Source of the DNA: Cenococcum geophilum
Lineage: Eukaryota
Direction: 5' to 3'
DNA length: 64,000 bases
Assembly (NCBI GenBank): GCA_050273025.1
Contig: CP158635.1
Span: 25,544,001-25,608,000 of the forward strand
Shown piece after piece: positions 25,349-39,110 of this stretch (within the stretch, counting starts at the first letter, position 1; every line of letters begins with the position of its first letter). Made by a program: the position numbers and the translations under genes. Under the pieces are notes generated by a model that was given only the letters and a program-made list of their open reading frames with translations, searched no databases and had not been told where the DNA came from.

Positions 25349-28131
25349 AGTAAGATCTTTAGACCCAGAGTTTATCTTAATTTAGTAAAAGGCCTAGCGG
25401 ATATTAAGCTTTATAAAGACCTTAGCTCTACTTATTTAGGCTAAAGTCTTATTAAATAGAGGTAGTAGATAGCGATCCTTATGGGTTATATTATTTAGCT
25501 TATAGTAGTTAATATAGAAGCGGAGTCCTCTATTTGGCTTTTTAATAAAGAGAATAGATAAGGCAAAAGGGGCTTAGCTAGGCTTAATAAAGCCCTTATT
25601 TAGGTTATTAATAAGATACTACTTTATGGCCTATAATTCGGTAATAGACTGCTTATAAAGGGGGCTAAAGCTAAGGGTGTTTTTTTTGCCCTACTTAATC
25701 TCAATCTTATAGTTATATAGTTAGTGAGGTGGAAGTATATTGGATACTACTTTAGAGAATATGTTCTTAAATTTCTGGTGTTAATAGGGCAGCTTTTGTT
25801 TTACTAGTTCCTTATCTATAAGCTCGCTTTCTTGTCCGCTAAGCTTATTTTTTTTTTCTTTAATTATTTGATTAATTTTATATAAGCTCGTTATAAAGGC
25901 GACGGTATTAGGCTGAACTAAGTTCTGGTAGAATCCTATGGTACTAATACAGCAGATATTAACTGGTGGGAGGTCTACTGGTTTCCTTATAGCCGTTTTC
26001 CGGACCGTATTTTACGGTCTAGGGTTTATAATCTTTCTTAGCTCCTATTCTATCTTCCGCAGGTTATCCCTTTAATTTATTAGTTTAGTATAACGTCCGA
26101 TATCCCTTGCTATTTTTTGTAGCTATATAGGGCCTAAGCTCTTTATAGGGGGCTTTTCTGGGTTACTACTAACTCCCTAGGTCTTTAATATGGGTGGCGT
26201 AATATAGGTAGTCTGGGGGCAACGTAGTATATAGATCCGTTGCGAATTAAGCTATATATCTTTCTTAAAGGCCTAGTCCTTACGCATAGCATTGGCCTAG
26301 TAAATAGTATTAATCTAGGGCTGTATAAGGTTTTCTATTATAATGCTAATTTCTTTTATAAAGGAAGGGGTTAGGGGTAGGGTTTTGGGCTAGGTAAGCC
26401 GTCTACTCTATATATTAAGCTGTAAGCCTAAATAGGCTAGCCATTTTCGCCTTAAGATTATATTATAGCTACCTAGGTCCGTAATAAGGAAGGGGGCGTT
26501 ATACTACCTTTGTTTATTAACACAGAGGTAAATCTATAAGATAGTTATAATAGGTGGTCCTATCCGCCCATTATACCCGCGGATAGGAATTGGTTTAGGT
26601 AGTTTTTTAATAGGTATATTTAGGAAGTTAACCAGCTTTACAGCATACTAGGTGTCTATTAAGGTAAAGGTATTTACTCTAGAGTTAGCTAAAGTAGAGG
26701 TTAAAACTTAGTATCTATTACGGAATAAAGTATAAGGGATAGTGCAGCTTCTTTTACTAACTAGCTAACCTAGATTAATATCTAACATGTTAATCCCTTT
26801 TAACCCTAGAAAGGAGTCTTTCTCTAGGGTTCTTCTTTTTCTAACTCTGCGCTATCCTCCTAAATTAATAGAACCTTGTCCACTTTCGCGTTTATTAGGC
26901 AATCCTTTATATAGTAACCTTTCTGTCTATAAGAGAAGTAAGCTCCTTAATTACTAAGGGCCTATATATAGGGGTTACTATATATAGGCCGAGCATTTGC
27001 CGGACCTATGGTAGGGCTAGCCGTACGGCTAGCTGCTAAATTGGCGGTAGGCTATACAGGTGGTGCTGCGGGGGTTACCAATTGTGCTAGGGTATTATAG
27101 GCCGTTCTTATATTACTTATAGTCTAATTTAAAGGGTTTCTAGCTTTATACTATTTGGCGTATACTTTAATTCGGCGGAGGCCTTAGTTAATAGCTAAGC
27201 ACTAGTCTATAAGTTCCTTTAGCGTCTATACAGTAGTAAAAACTAGTAGTACGGCTCGCTATAGGTCTAGGGTAAGCTTATTAAATAGGTTTAGCATTAG
27301 ATCTTCCTAGGGAATTTAAGCCTGGCCAGCTAGGTGTAAAAAGCGGGTCTAAAAGGCTAAGAAGGTCTCTATCATTTTCATATTTAGGCTTTTATAATTA
27401 AGTTAGGCGTTTTATACTTTAAAGGGGTCCTTATAAATAGAAGATAGGTAGACGATTATCTCTTTTTTAGAGAGGAAGGGCTCTACTAAGTCCTATGCGT
27501 ACCGCGGACGTAGGTGCGTCTGTGCGTCCCCGCCGGTACGGCCGAAGACGTAGGCTATTTTAGCCTAAGTGGTAGGGAAGTAGTCCGTATTAACTTTAAG
27601 CTTATTCTATAATTAAAGCTTCTAATTATTAAATATAGGGTTGGTTCCGTCTGTAAGTAATAGGGGGTCCGTAACCTTTACGGACCGCAATAATGCTAAT
27701 GCTATATGTTAGGCTAGAGCCTTAAGAACTATAGCAAGTCTCTAGGTATCTGATAATTCCTTACTAGGCGTAGAGGGTTCTCTAGCTTTAAGTAGCTCTT
27801 AAAGTTATTTAATTTCGGCATTAGCTGCTATAAGCTCTACTTAGGAGTTTAAGTTAGTTACTATTTCACTATTAGAGGTATTTAAGGGTCTTACGGCTGC
27901 TTTGCCGGCTGCTATATTTCTTAGCATTATAGTACAGTTGTTAGGGTAACCTCTAGTAGGATTCTATAGGGGTTCTGGTCTATGCGTATTCTATAGGTCT
28001 TATTATTCTTTTTTGTTCTTTTAGTTCTAGTAATATTCTTTAGGTCTAATTCTATATTCTGTTCTAGTTTATAGTCCGTAGATATATTTAAGTTCCTTCT
28101 TAGAAAAAAAGGGTAGTTAAGCTTTAGATAA

Positions 28132-28332
28132 TATTAGCGACTTAGTTAATTAAGGCACAAATACGGCAAGAGGGACGCGCAAGCCTATATAATTGGTAGT
28201 CTATAAATGAGGATCTAAAGCTAAAGAAAGGAAAGGAGAAGAAGAGCAGCGCCGGTCGAAGTAGGGTTCTTTTATGCGGCCCTCTAGTCACGTGACCGCG
28301 AAGTTCTGCCAAGTTCTGCCAGTGCCGTAACA
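28132..28332 (-). repeat. 5' LTR of element A (201 bp)
   Basis: Direct repeat of 6555-6755; followed by TSD cataa. Confidence 0.95.
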
Positions 28333-28499
28333 CATAATAGTTATACTATATATGCTTAATATAATAGATACCTTAAGTAATTATCTCCCTCCCTATATAT
28401 ATTAGAGCCCTATATTAAGGCATAAGATATATTATTATAAATAGTAGATATACCTCCGTCGCGCTGCGCGGCTCCCTACTCCGCAGCTTTCCTAAACAT

Positions 28500-29150
28500 A
28501 AGGTTTTGTGCAGAGCCTCGTGCAGAGCTTCTCTATAGAACTTGTATTTAGGCTTGTTTTTGAAGGCCTTGTAAACGGCTTTGTATAGAGTTTTAAGCAG
28601 AGCTTTATATAGGCATTTGTACGGACATTTGTAGAGACGGTCGTTGTGAGGGGATCTTGTAGACAGGGGGCTATAAGGACACGATTGGAACAAGATAGAT
28701 TGGTGAGAGAGACGAATCCTTGAGGAGGTAAGGCCTCTGGGATCGTGGAGACTATATACTACGGGCACGTGCCTCCGGCACGTGACCGGCGACCATCCGA
28801 GGGGCGTCCGGGGGTTGTCCTGAGGGCAACCCGAGGTGTCCGCAATAATATCCCTTACAGTCGTAGAGACGCTTATATAGACGATTATATGAGCAATTAT
28901 AGAGCCGCTCTTAGAGACGATTATAGAGACTTCCTAGTATATTAGTGCTGCGTGTTAGTAGAACTTTGGAGTTCTGTGTCAAGCTTCGAGTGGAGCTCCA
29001 AGTAGAGTTTTGAGCTCAAGGGGGAGACCCCCTTGGACCTCCCTGCGCGCTGCGTGCTCCATTCACTGCGTGGCCAATTCACTGCGTGGGTAGAGCTCTT
29101 GTAGAGGCTTTGGTAGAGCGTTTAGTAGAGCGTTTAATAGAGCTTTGTCC
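28500..29150. repeat. Degenerate ~12-nt periodic repeats (TAGAG-containing units) in three patches (~28500-28640, 28860-28935, 29090-29150)
   Basis: e.g. gtagaggctttg gtagagcgttta gtagagcgttta atagagctttgt. Confidence 0.6.
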
Positions 29151-31032
29151 TCCATATAGAGCTCCGTGCACGTTACCCCTTTCGCAGAGCTCTCTCAAAG
29201 CTCTTGCAAAGCTCGACGCCTCTACGCAGACGCAGAGCTTGAAATTCTATCAGGGCCTCCACCACAGCTTTCAGAGGGGTGCGAGATAGATTCATGGCGT
29301 AAGCGGAGAGTTATCTATAATTCTATGGAGCGATTTTCGTAATATCAGCAGGTGAAAAAATATTTGCATATAAACGGGGCGTAAATCCGTGAAGTTCGCC
29401 AAGCGTCGGGTAAGTCTTGTTGGAAAGATGCAGTCAAGCCTAATGCAAGGGCATTGCAGATTATCTCATAAATCAGACCCTCATTGGTACGTGCACTAAG
29501 CGCACGTGCGGGCATACTGCTCCTTATTAGCAAACGAATTCTCCCGGAGTGTGAGGCATATTTGCCTAGGTGTACGGTAGGGAGCAGGCAAGCCGAGCAT
29601 GAGTCACGGAGAGTCGATGGAAGAGAGGATGATATGGTAAAGGTATGGCAATAGCCTCGTACAGAGACGCACCGATGAGGACAGGAGGGCTGCAAGCCCG
29701 AGGAGCTTATAAGGAGGTGCCAAGGGCCGAAGGCTAGCCTTGGCAGCCCCTAAGAGCCCCGGGGCGTGCACCCGAGTGAGGGGCCAAAAGAGCCCTTACA
29801 CCGAGAGTCTGAGAGCTTATGGGCCTCATTTTGGTACAAACTAAAGGTTTTAAAAATCGAATTTTGTATATTTCTACGAGCGACGTCCTGACCATGAGAG
29901 TTATTATATATTTTATTAATGCAATAGATTCTTCAGGTAATTATATCTATATATTTATAGATTATAACTCCATACTAAGAATACTAGGGGGCGAGATACA
30001 TCTTCGTGGATTTTAAACTAAAACCGACCGATTGCCTATATCTAACTTCTTATAAAATAAAGCTACGATATTGCCGTAACGTGGAGGCGATAGAGAAGAT
30101 AAAGAGTTTTTAGCTTATAGTATTTTTGGTTGGTTCGCTTACGATAGCGCCTTTATCAGCGGCGCATGCGATAAGATAAATTGCAGATAAAAACAATTAA
30201 TCCATATTTATATGCCATGACTATTTTCTCCGCGGTATTAGGCTCGGTTGTAACCATAGAAAACTGAGCCCGCGCTCCACTGATTATGGATTTTAGCATT
30301 ACGCCCTACAGTTTCATTTACTGAGGAGGTCGTGCAGGGTGTTAATATAACCTAATGCTATCCCATGTGCTCTTTCAAATGTGGCCCGTGCACGAACACC
30401 AAAACATTAACAATCGTCTCTACAACCTATTATACAATATACACATCTCCGCGCATAGGCCTTGCTGGCAGGAACACCTCGATCGAATCAAGCTACAATA
30501 GGAACAGATTATATATAAAATCTAAGCTTTATTATCATAATACTAAGTTGCAATCAATTGATTAATCCACGGTTTCATTTTGCCAAGACTTGATTGAATC
30601 TAGAGCCCTTGGCCGGCTCGGTAAAAGGAGCACCTTTCTCAGGAACTGTGGGTCACAATAAGGCATGTAAAGACTCAACACTGTCATTTCGAGCACGCAT
30701 AACAACCCGTATATTCCTATCCATCTCCAAGATACCACATATTCTAGCGAATGTGAAGCCCACACAATCCAGCATCGTACAGCCTCGCAACGCCCCACTC
30801 ATGCCCGAACAAATTTGAACGCTGAATTGGTTAAAACAAAGGAAAACTTAAACAGCAGTCGAGAAATATGGTGGCCTTTTAGCATAAATCATGCACGGAT
30901 AGACATAATAACTATGAAGGAACTCAGGTCAATATCTGTGACACCCCATCTCAAATAGTCACGAAGCGAAGCAAATTCCAGCATCAAGAGAGGAAGAAGG
31001 AAAGAGAAACAGCCAGGCGCCAAACTAAGGCC

Positions 31033-32819
31033 TCAGCTACTCTTCTGGGCTGTTTTTAGAGCCTCCGCATTTAGCTCAGGCCCCGGCTCTGATTCCTCCA
31101 TAATCATATCAGCGACAACCTTTTCAACGGTCTCGCCAGAGTCGCCTAGCTGCTTCCTTGCTTGCGAAACTATAGCGTCTGCTTCGCTGATGCCACCTTT
31201 CGTACTGAACTGATCCCCATCGACCCCCATAGATGATTCATTCCTGCGTTGTTTCAGTGCTTTGTTGTCGAATCGTACTATCATGCATGATAAATTGTCG
31301 GTAGAGAATCGTGCAAGCGCGTGATCAACTAGTTGTTTTGATGCGGCTTGAGGGTCCTGAATATGGCGAACCAAATCTACAGCTTCCTGGTCGGAGCAAA
31401 CATCCCACAACTAGATAGGTAAGGTGTTAGTATACACCAAACTAGGTGAATAAATGGAAATAGGCGTACCCCATCACATGCTAATATTAAAAACTCATCT
31501 TGGTCCGCCTGGATCACTGTTTCGGTAGTGTACGGGTGTCCAGTCACAAGATCCTTCATATAGGCATCCCCAAGCGCTCGTGTAACAGCCAAAACACCGT
31601 TCACGCGGTTGTTCAGGATTAGGCCGCCTGCGCTAGCTACACGTCGTCCCTCGTTCTCATCGCTACCCTTATGATCGTAGGACAGTCGAAGAGCTCTACC
31701 ATTACGGCAAAGGACTATGCGCGCATCACCAACATTAGCAGTATAAAGCACCCGCTGACGGCTAGCGCTGTCCCGAAGTTTTGCTTCTGAAGGATGCTCA
31801 ATACGTGATTCTGGGTAGGCGGGGGTAGCGGATGTGATATCAGGGTTTGTTTGAGATGAGACGGGTATTTCTGATGCTAAAGCCTGGGCCCCAGTGGACT
31901 CAGGAGCACTCCTAACTGCTGCCACGGCTGCTGGAGCATAGAGAATGGACCCAGTGCTGGACTGAGAATTCGGGACCCTGTCCTCCCATCTAAGAACAGC
32001 TATCACTGCAGTGCATCCGCTATTTTTCAAAGGAAGCTTCTCAAGTTGTTGATCAACGGCGGTAAAAGTTTGGTCCAGAAGTTCGGGAATTGGAGTATTA
32101 GGGTTCTTCCGAATTGTGTCTTCTAGCAAAAGATGCAATTTCTTCCCACACCAATCTGCCGCAAAAGTGCCTGCATGTCCGTCAAAAATCGCAAAATAGC
32201 CATTGTCAGTCTCCACAACCGGCTGTACGGCAGGATCTGATAGACTAGAACTAGAGTCAGAGACCGAATTTCTACTCCTAGAAGCAGTGTCTGGGCCATA
32301 AGCGGGTGCGGGTGTGCTCAAAAAGTTGTAAAGATACGCATGAGTATCCTCCATGGTTCTGCGACATTTCTTGTTCTTATCTTCGGTCACACCAACCCTG
32401 AACGTTGACCTTGGGCCAGGTGCCGACTCGCCTGCAGAGTTGTTCAAAGAGCCCTGAGGTACACTGAGTGCAGGGTCCGACTTGCCGAGCTTTTGTATGG
32501 GCGTTTGCGGAGTTTTGTCTGAGTTATTGGACGGCGATGTAGGGGAAGATCCATGGAGATGAAGCGACTGCTTCGCACTAGAAAGCATATCTCTCGCTCG
32601 TGAGACTCCACTACTCCTCCTCTTCTTTTCACCGCTGGGATTGCTATCATCATTTGCTTTCCGACTCGAGGGACTACCACTACCGCTGGACCTTTTTTCA
32701 CCTCCATTATTTGGGTCATTGGAAACAACAGTGTTAGGTGGCTTTTGTACGTCCGTTATGGAAGTAGAGTCCACAGCGGTCTCATCTTCCTTTCCAGGTG
32801 TGGCAGAGGTGCCAAACAT
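31033..32819 (-). CDS. PTC1: Type 2C protein phosphatase, Ptc1-like (intron 31469-31411)
   Basis: [66 protein letters not shown]; first ATG at 32819. Confidence 0.93.
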
Positions 32820-34253
32820 CCTGTTCAACAGTCCCCCTTGGCTGGAGAAACTCCTGCGCTTACTTCCTGCCAGGTTGATAACTCTGAAATAGAACTCTGC
32901 TTGAGTACCGTAGATCGAAACTACACGCGCTTAGGCTACTACGTCGGTGGCGGCTAGATTGTAGCGTCTAAGAGTCGTCGGACAGCGGGCACTCCGGAAA
33001 AAGTGATAATAAGCTGTATGTCTATTTGGGAGAATAGAGTCAGCAGGGTTCATCGGAATGGTCTCTATTTTGCGGGAAACGGAGGCCGGAGATGACGATG
33101 CACAGGGTATGTAAGGAAGCGGAAGAACGATCAAAGGCTCTATCGCGGAATCCCAGGCTCCACCAACGCGCAAATCGTCGGGGTGTTTGCAAGCCTATTG
33201 AACTAACAATTTGATCAAGGCAGGCTTCGCATCCCTAAGGCAATAATAGGTTTATGTGGCGGACGTGGAATAGCAAGAAGACGGACCCTGCACTGCAGAT
33301 CCGGGACTAGCAAAATGACGTACGCAAAAGGTGGTGCACTTTGAAGGGTGTGGAGAATGGCAGAGCGGCAGTCTGGCGCAAGTTCTTGCGTCTACTTTTT
33401 GGAGGGCTATTGTAGAAGTTGACGAATGGGCGGTTGACAAAGCGCGTGCAGTTCTGAGGAGATGGAGGAGGGGTTGCGAAGGACCTAGGAGGATTTGTTC
33501 CTTAGAGCGAGTAGTGGGGAGGTTAGATCTCCGAATAGCCTCAACTCGTGGCGGTGCAATCGAGTACTAGCAGGAATCGGCCAAGGCAGACAAAGACAGA
33601 CCGAAAAGTGGCAGTGCTGAATTTGAGAGATGCAGGGCGGCTTTCAGGCATCTGCCGTGACTTCAGGTTTGCTGAAAGGCAGGCTAACGATCACCTACGG
33701 CAATGGTTCATGTCATGGATCCGCGCTAACAGCGCTATTAAGAAATGTTCACTGACATTGTTCCACGGGCAATGCGGTGAAGTGCCCGTCTTCGGTTTTC
33801 AATCATGTGGCTTCAGGCCATTTTAACGTAAGGTCAAAACCCGCAGGCTTCGATACATCTTGCCTGTCACAGAACAGTGAGTATTCCGTTGCTCTCCCAT
33901 CACAGCTCGGCTCCATAATATAGCATCGTAGTGGAATCCTCCCTATAGCACGAAATAACAGGATATAACTTAAAATGATACAGGCGCACTTATAGTGCTA
34001 CAATATACGTACAGCGTGCCTTATAGCATTCGACTAAAACCGCTATATAAGGTCTCGGATAGATAGGTAGCAACACATATGTTTCTTTACGCATCAAACG
34101 CAGCAGATCATCAAGTCAAGACCCAGAAAGCTGGGAAAGCCTCTTTCTAAATTTCCAGCTGTCGGCTTAGATCTACCCTTCGCTGTCATTCGACTCCTAA
34201 ACGCCATGGCTCCGGTGCAAGCCTACCATACTAAACGTGACTTCAAAATATTT

Positions 34254-35212
34254 TCATCGTCGAAGACTATCCAGCCTGGCCTGGAGGTCATCGTCACCTG
34301 GGTCTCCCCCAACAACCTGTGCCACTCTTCCATCTGCAACGGTGGTCTTCTGTAATCCAGACGGAGTTTCTCCGAGCTATAGGACATTTGTCAGCACAGA
34401 GATTGTAAAGAACGCCATCAGACGTACGGCTTGTCCAAGATCTATCCCTATCTCATCCAGAACTTGATTAACAACTTCCTCCCCCTCCTCCTCATCTTCC
34501 AGCCCTGTGACATCATCAATAGCGTCGTCCATCATCTCCTGTCGCTGGTCCATAATGTCGTTTTCCTTTTCAAACTCCATAGCGATTCGCTGAAGAGCTG
34601 GGAGATTCATTTGGCGGTTCATGCTACCTAACAAGGCTGGATTACGGTATTAGCATTAGTATAGTTGAACGAACAAGTGGATGATATACTAGTAGCGCCT
34701 TTCATAGACTGCATCATTTGTTCGTTGCTCCGCACCGTCTATAAATTAAATAAGAATTGCTTCGTAAAAAAGGAACCAAAGATATAAACCTGTATCCTCA
34801 ACGAGATTGCTTGTAGCTGAGTCCGCATTTGATAGAACTTTTGAATGTACCTAGAGGCGACAGTGATCGTAAGCATGGTGTCCAAAGAAATGAATGCCTT
34901 TAGTATGACGAAAGCGCTGGCGACTCGTAATCCGTACCTTCTGGTCCGCACCAAGTCCTTTGCCTGAATTCTGAGAGGTCCCATTTGTCCATTTTTTGCG
35001 CTCTTCTTGATGTCCTGGACTAGCTTCTTCTCCTGATTCTCTAGTTTGACCCTTTCTCGATCCAACTCTCGCTGAGTCTTTTCAAGGGCTCTCTGATGCT
35101 TCCGCAGCCGCTCAGCTGGTGTCATGCGCTTGCCAAAGGCCCACTCAACGATCTGATGGCACTGTCAGTAGGCTGATCAAGAAGGTAGTGAGATCGCTAT
35201 CCTGACATTCAT
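34254..35212 (-). CDS. DID4: ESCRT-III subunit Vps2/Did4, multi-exon
   Basis: MN/IVEWAFGKRMTPAERLRKHQRALEKTQRELDRER, QAKDLVRTRRY, VVNQVLDEIGID, C-terminal DDDLQARLDSLRR*. Confidence 0.93.
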
Positions 35213-35673
35213 CTTGCCCAAGCTTCAGATATTGAATATGCAGGAGGTGCAATGTGTGGGGTATATCTAATGTGTTGAACCGCAGTGGTATTGGGTTTGG
35301 TGGCTTGCTGCGGTGATAAGGCTATGAAGTCGGAGGCTGGCTTGCTTCTTAATGGCCTACCGACCTAAGCTCAAATTAGAACGCCCTGCAATTTTCAAAG
35401 TCTCGACACAGAGCTCTAGATATCTTCAAAGATGTTATGTTAGCGTATTTATATTAGATTTATAACTTATTAGATTAACGATTGCTTACCCTTTAATTTG
35501 TGGTGGCATTCGTAAAGATAGCGGCATAACTCCAAGCGTACAGCCGCGAAAGTCGCCTTGGCATTCGTCGCCACCGAAAAACGTCCGCGCATCATCAATC
35601 CCGCATTCCTCTCTTCCTCTACATCTCACGACATGCATCTTTACCCCCCAACGCATGTTCCGCTGCAGTCGCA

Positions 35674-38600
35674 ATGAACCCAGATCGCCATTCAGATGAT
35701 GGTCATGCCCCAGAAGGCTCTTCCTGCCGCACCGCGGACCCACAACCAGGCTCTATTCTTCCTCATCATGCACCCAGTCGTCCCAATTACATGACAGTTG
35801 GGTCGGGTTCGACCCCCGAAGCTGCGGCACGCCTTGTTGCGATGCTTGATGATGATTCTGGGTATGGAGGAAGTCTGGCAGACGGGGAGAGCCTCAGTCG
35901 AGGGTGGCACCCGGGACTCACGAGCGACCGGCCAACACCAAGCCATACGCCCGTTCTGCCGGGTGGGAACAATCCTAGCGGTACGCATATACAGCCCATA
36001 ATAATAATTTTATGTAGCTAGGACTAATTATGTGTTCGCAGTTGAAAACGAAAGACGAACAGTTGCGAGCCATGTTCTACAACTCTACTAGTATAGTCAC
36101 CTCCATCCAATCGATATTCTCTCGTACTAACCAAAACTAGCAACCAGAATAAGATAGCACTGGGCCGTGCAATTCACGGTACTATTGATACCTTAAGGAA
36201 ATTCCAAGATATGAACTTAAAGTGGCCTGCACATTACCCTTCAGTTCAAACAGATCCTTCACCGCTATCTCAATCACGCAACGACCCCCGCCCCGACCTT
36301 CACCACACCCAATCAACACTTAACAGCCACCTTGATCTAGAGCAGGGCCCACCAAGGCCTCCAGGTCCCCGGCGTGCAGGTACTTCTCTTGGCGAGGACT
36401 CTACCCACGCCGAATCCAGCTCTGCCGCGGCTCGAAAACCAGTTACAGAACCCAGACTAGTTTCTCCACAGCTTGCCCATGACTTTTCAGTTTTAAAACT
36501 AGAATTGAAGATGGGAGGCCGAAACCAGACGGATCTTGTTCACTCGCTAGAAAAAGGCTCAATAGCATCCTTGCTTGATGGCCAAATCCAACAAAGTATC
36601 CGACATCTATATGCTCTAAAGGAAAGAATCGAAGACACTTCAAGTAAGGTCCTCGTAACTGGAGACCTTAACGCTGGAAAGTCGACGTTCTGTAACGCTC
36701 TGCTGCGTAGGAAGGTTCTTCCAGAGGACCAGCAACCATGCACCAGCATATTTTGTGAAGTGCTTGACTTCAGGGAGAACGGCAGTATTGAAGAAGTTCA
36801 CGGGGTCCCCATCGGGTCCGTGTATAATCGGCATGACGAGAGTACTTACACGGTCTTCTCTTTAAATGAGCTCGAGAGAATTGTGACGGACAATGAACAC
36901 TTCTCACAATGCAAAATATATGTCAAAGATATACGCTCTGTGGACGAATCTCTGCTTAACAATGGCGTCGTGGACATAGCACTTATCGACGCCCCGGGAT
37001 TAAATAACGACTCGTTGAAGACCACAGCAGTATTCGCTAGGCAGGAAGAGATCGACGTCGTTGTTTTCGTGGTTTCTGCAGCAAATCACTTCACTTTATC
37101 TGCTAAAGAATTTATATTCAATGCTGCCCGCGAAAAGGCTTATATTTTCATGGTGGTAAACGGATTTGACAACATCAGAGATAAAAAGAGATGCCAGGAG
37201 ATGATATTAAAACAAGTGGCACATTTGAGTCCCGCAACGTTCAAAGAATCCGCCGAACTTGTTCACTTTGTTTCTAGCAATGCCATTCCTGTCGCCACAA
37301 CGGGTCTTCAGGGAGGTGATGGCGGGTCTTCTGGCTCCACTGGCTCTGGCTTCAATGGACTTAGTGATGAACCCGATGATGGAGACGACGACGATGATGA
37401 CGATGATGAGCTGAAGGGCAAGCATGGTGAGCCCGGTTCCCCCGGAGGGAAAGGCAAAGGCAAGGAGCGTGAGAAAATACGGGACTTTGAAGAACTCGAA
37501 GCCTCTTTGCGGCGATTTGTTCTCGAGAAACGCGCACGGTCAAAATTGGCCCCTGCTAAAACGTACCTTATGAACGTTCTCAGTGACATTAACAGCCTTG
37601 CCTCGGTCAATCGGGATGTTGCCCAGGGAGAGCTGGACCGCGTGCGCAAGGAACTGGATGAACTAGAGCCAGCATATGAACAGTCTAAGAAATCGAGGAC
37701 TGAAGCTGGCGAGGCTGTTGACCATACGGTCGAAGAAGTTACCTCCCAGGTCTACGGGTATACTAGGGACACACTCAACAGCTCAATTGAACAAATTGCG
37801 GAACGGGACCTTGGAATACCTTACCCTGGTCTACTGAGTGCCTATCAGTACGCTGAAGATATCAGAGACGCTATGCTCCAAGAAATTTCGGAGACTGCGA
37901 GATTGTGCGAAGAGCATGCCCGCAATCGAGCAGTGCAAGGCTTCAATGGAATCAAAAGCCTGGGGATTCTCCACCTCGGTAACAAACTATACGCTGACGT
38001 TATGTTTCTTCCTGAAAGGATGTTTAGGAAGCCTATGCATGCTCTCGCACGACAAGTTGACGTAGACGTTGAGTTATGGGATTTTTTCGACGTAGCAAAC
38101 TTGTGGGAGCGGCAGGAAAAGGTTGCAGGGACAGGCATGGCAATGACAGTTGCGGGCGTCATTGGCAGTAGGATGGTCGGAGGCGTTGGTTGGCTCGATG
38201 GTGCTCTCGGTGCTATGAAGATCATGGGCTCTAACAACATGCGGAGGCTAATCCTTCCTGGCCTTATAGCGACTAGTAAGAGGGTACTTTTTTTGTCTTG
38301 TGTTCATGGCTAACTTTCATTATAGTGGTTATTGGGGTCTCCTACGCACTGACTTCTATACCTCGATCACTACCCCGTCGGCTGAGTGCTAAGCTGTCTA
38401 CCCAACTCGCTGTGCTTGACTATACTCATACAAACGCATTGCGCATCAGCTCAGAAGTCCGCAGGGCGCTTAAGGGACCTGCAAATGACCTTCGCATCGG
38501 CCTGCAGCGAAGTGTAGAGAAGCTGCAGATCAAGAAGGAAGAAACAGCTAAATTTAGGACGGAGGCAGAAGTAGCGAGGAAGTACTTTGCGAATCTCGTT

Positions 38601-38687
38601 CGTGACAGTAATGACATTAAGCACGGCGTAGAACGAGTAGATCTCGAAGGGTCTCCACCTGGCCTAGCAGCCATGTATGGTAATTAA
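35674..38687 (+). CDS. FZO1: Mitofusin GTPase Fzo1, multi-exon
   Basis: SSKVLVTGDLNAGKSTFCNALLRRK.LPEDQQPCT, DIALIDAPGLN, FARQEEIDVVVFVV, C-terminal hydrophobic segments and heptad region. Confidence 0.93.
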
Positions 38688-39110
38688 CGACATGGAGAGC
38701 GGTTATAAGGGATTTGTTTCCGTGGTATAAACTTTGCCACTTCTGTCATTTCTAGAGTCTTTAACGGCATTGGGTTGGTGTTCGGTGATGGTATTCCCTC
38801 AAAGTCCGCTTTGGAATTTTTGGCTTTCAGCTTCTCGTGAAACCCTCAGTCCGCTGGAAGCAAGGCTACCGCAATTCCTCTCAGCACACCTAAGTACACG
38901 CATTGAATGCAGAAATCAAATTAGAAAACTTAGTATTGTTTAAATACTTCTGTGTGAAATCCCGACCGTGGTTGAGTCTTGTAATGAAATATAAGGTAGA
39001 GTATTATGTAATAAGGCCCAGCATTTACGATTTCCCTATGCGCTCAACATTGTCCTCACCTCTCTCCTCCAGCCCTCTCTATGGCTAGCGACGTTGAATC
39101 TGGGCGATAG

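Larger units (their letters stand above)
6555..28332 (-). mobile_element. Ty3/Gypsy chromovirus 'A', full length, RIP-inactivated, interrupted within RT by element B1
   Basis: 201-bp LTRs; TSD CATAA (6550-6554 / 28333-28337); PPT at ~6756-6771; relic gag (~27930-26850) with a CCHC knuckle, RT (YLDD relic ~9290), RNase H, integrase and chromodomain (~7050-6910); stops are RIP-type. Confidence 0.95.
6373..30038. mobile_element. Putative older degenerate DNA-element remnant hosting the Gypsy nest (own sequence ~6373-6554 and ~28338-30038)
   Basis: Degenerate inverted similarity between 6407-6553 and 29940-30030; 12-nt periodic repeats at 28500-29150; no TSD or transposase found. Confidence 0.3.

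Noticed and set aside
6756..28131. AT-rich ORF-free block as centromere, organellar insert or alternative genetic code
   Set aside because: Fully explained by RIP-mutated Gypsy sequence; stops map to transitions in CAA/CAG/TGG/CGA codons
28415..29289. ORFs with 4-aa periodicity (LYKA, LVER)
   Set aside because: By-products of 12-nt DNA repeats appearing on both strands
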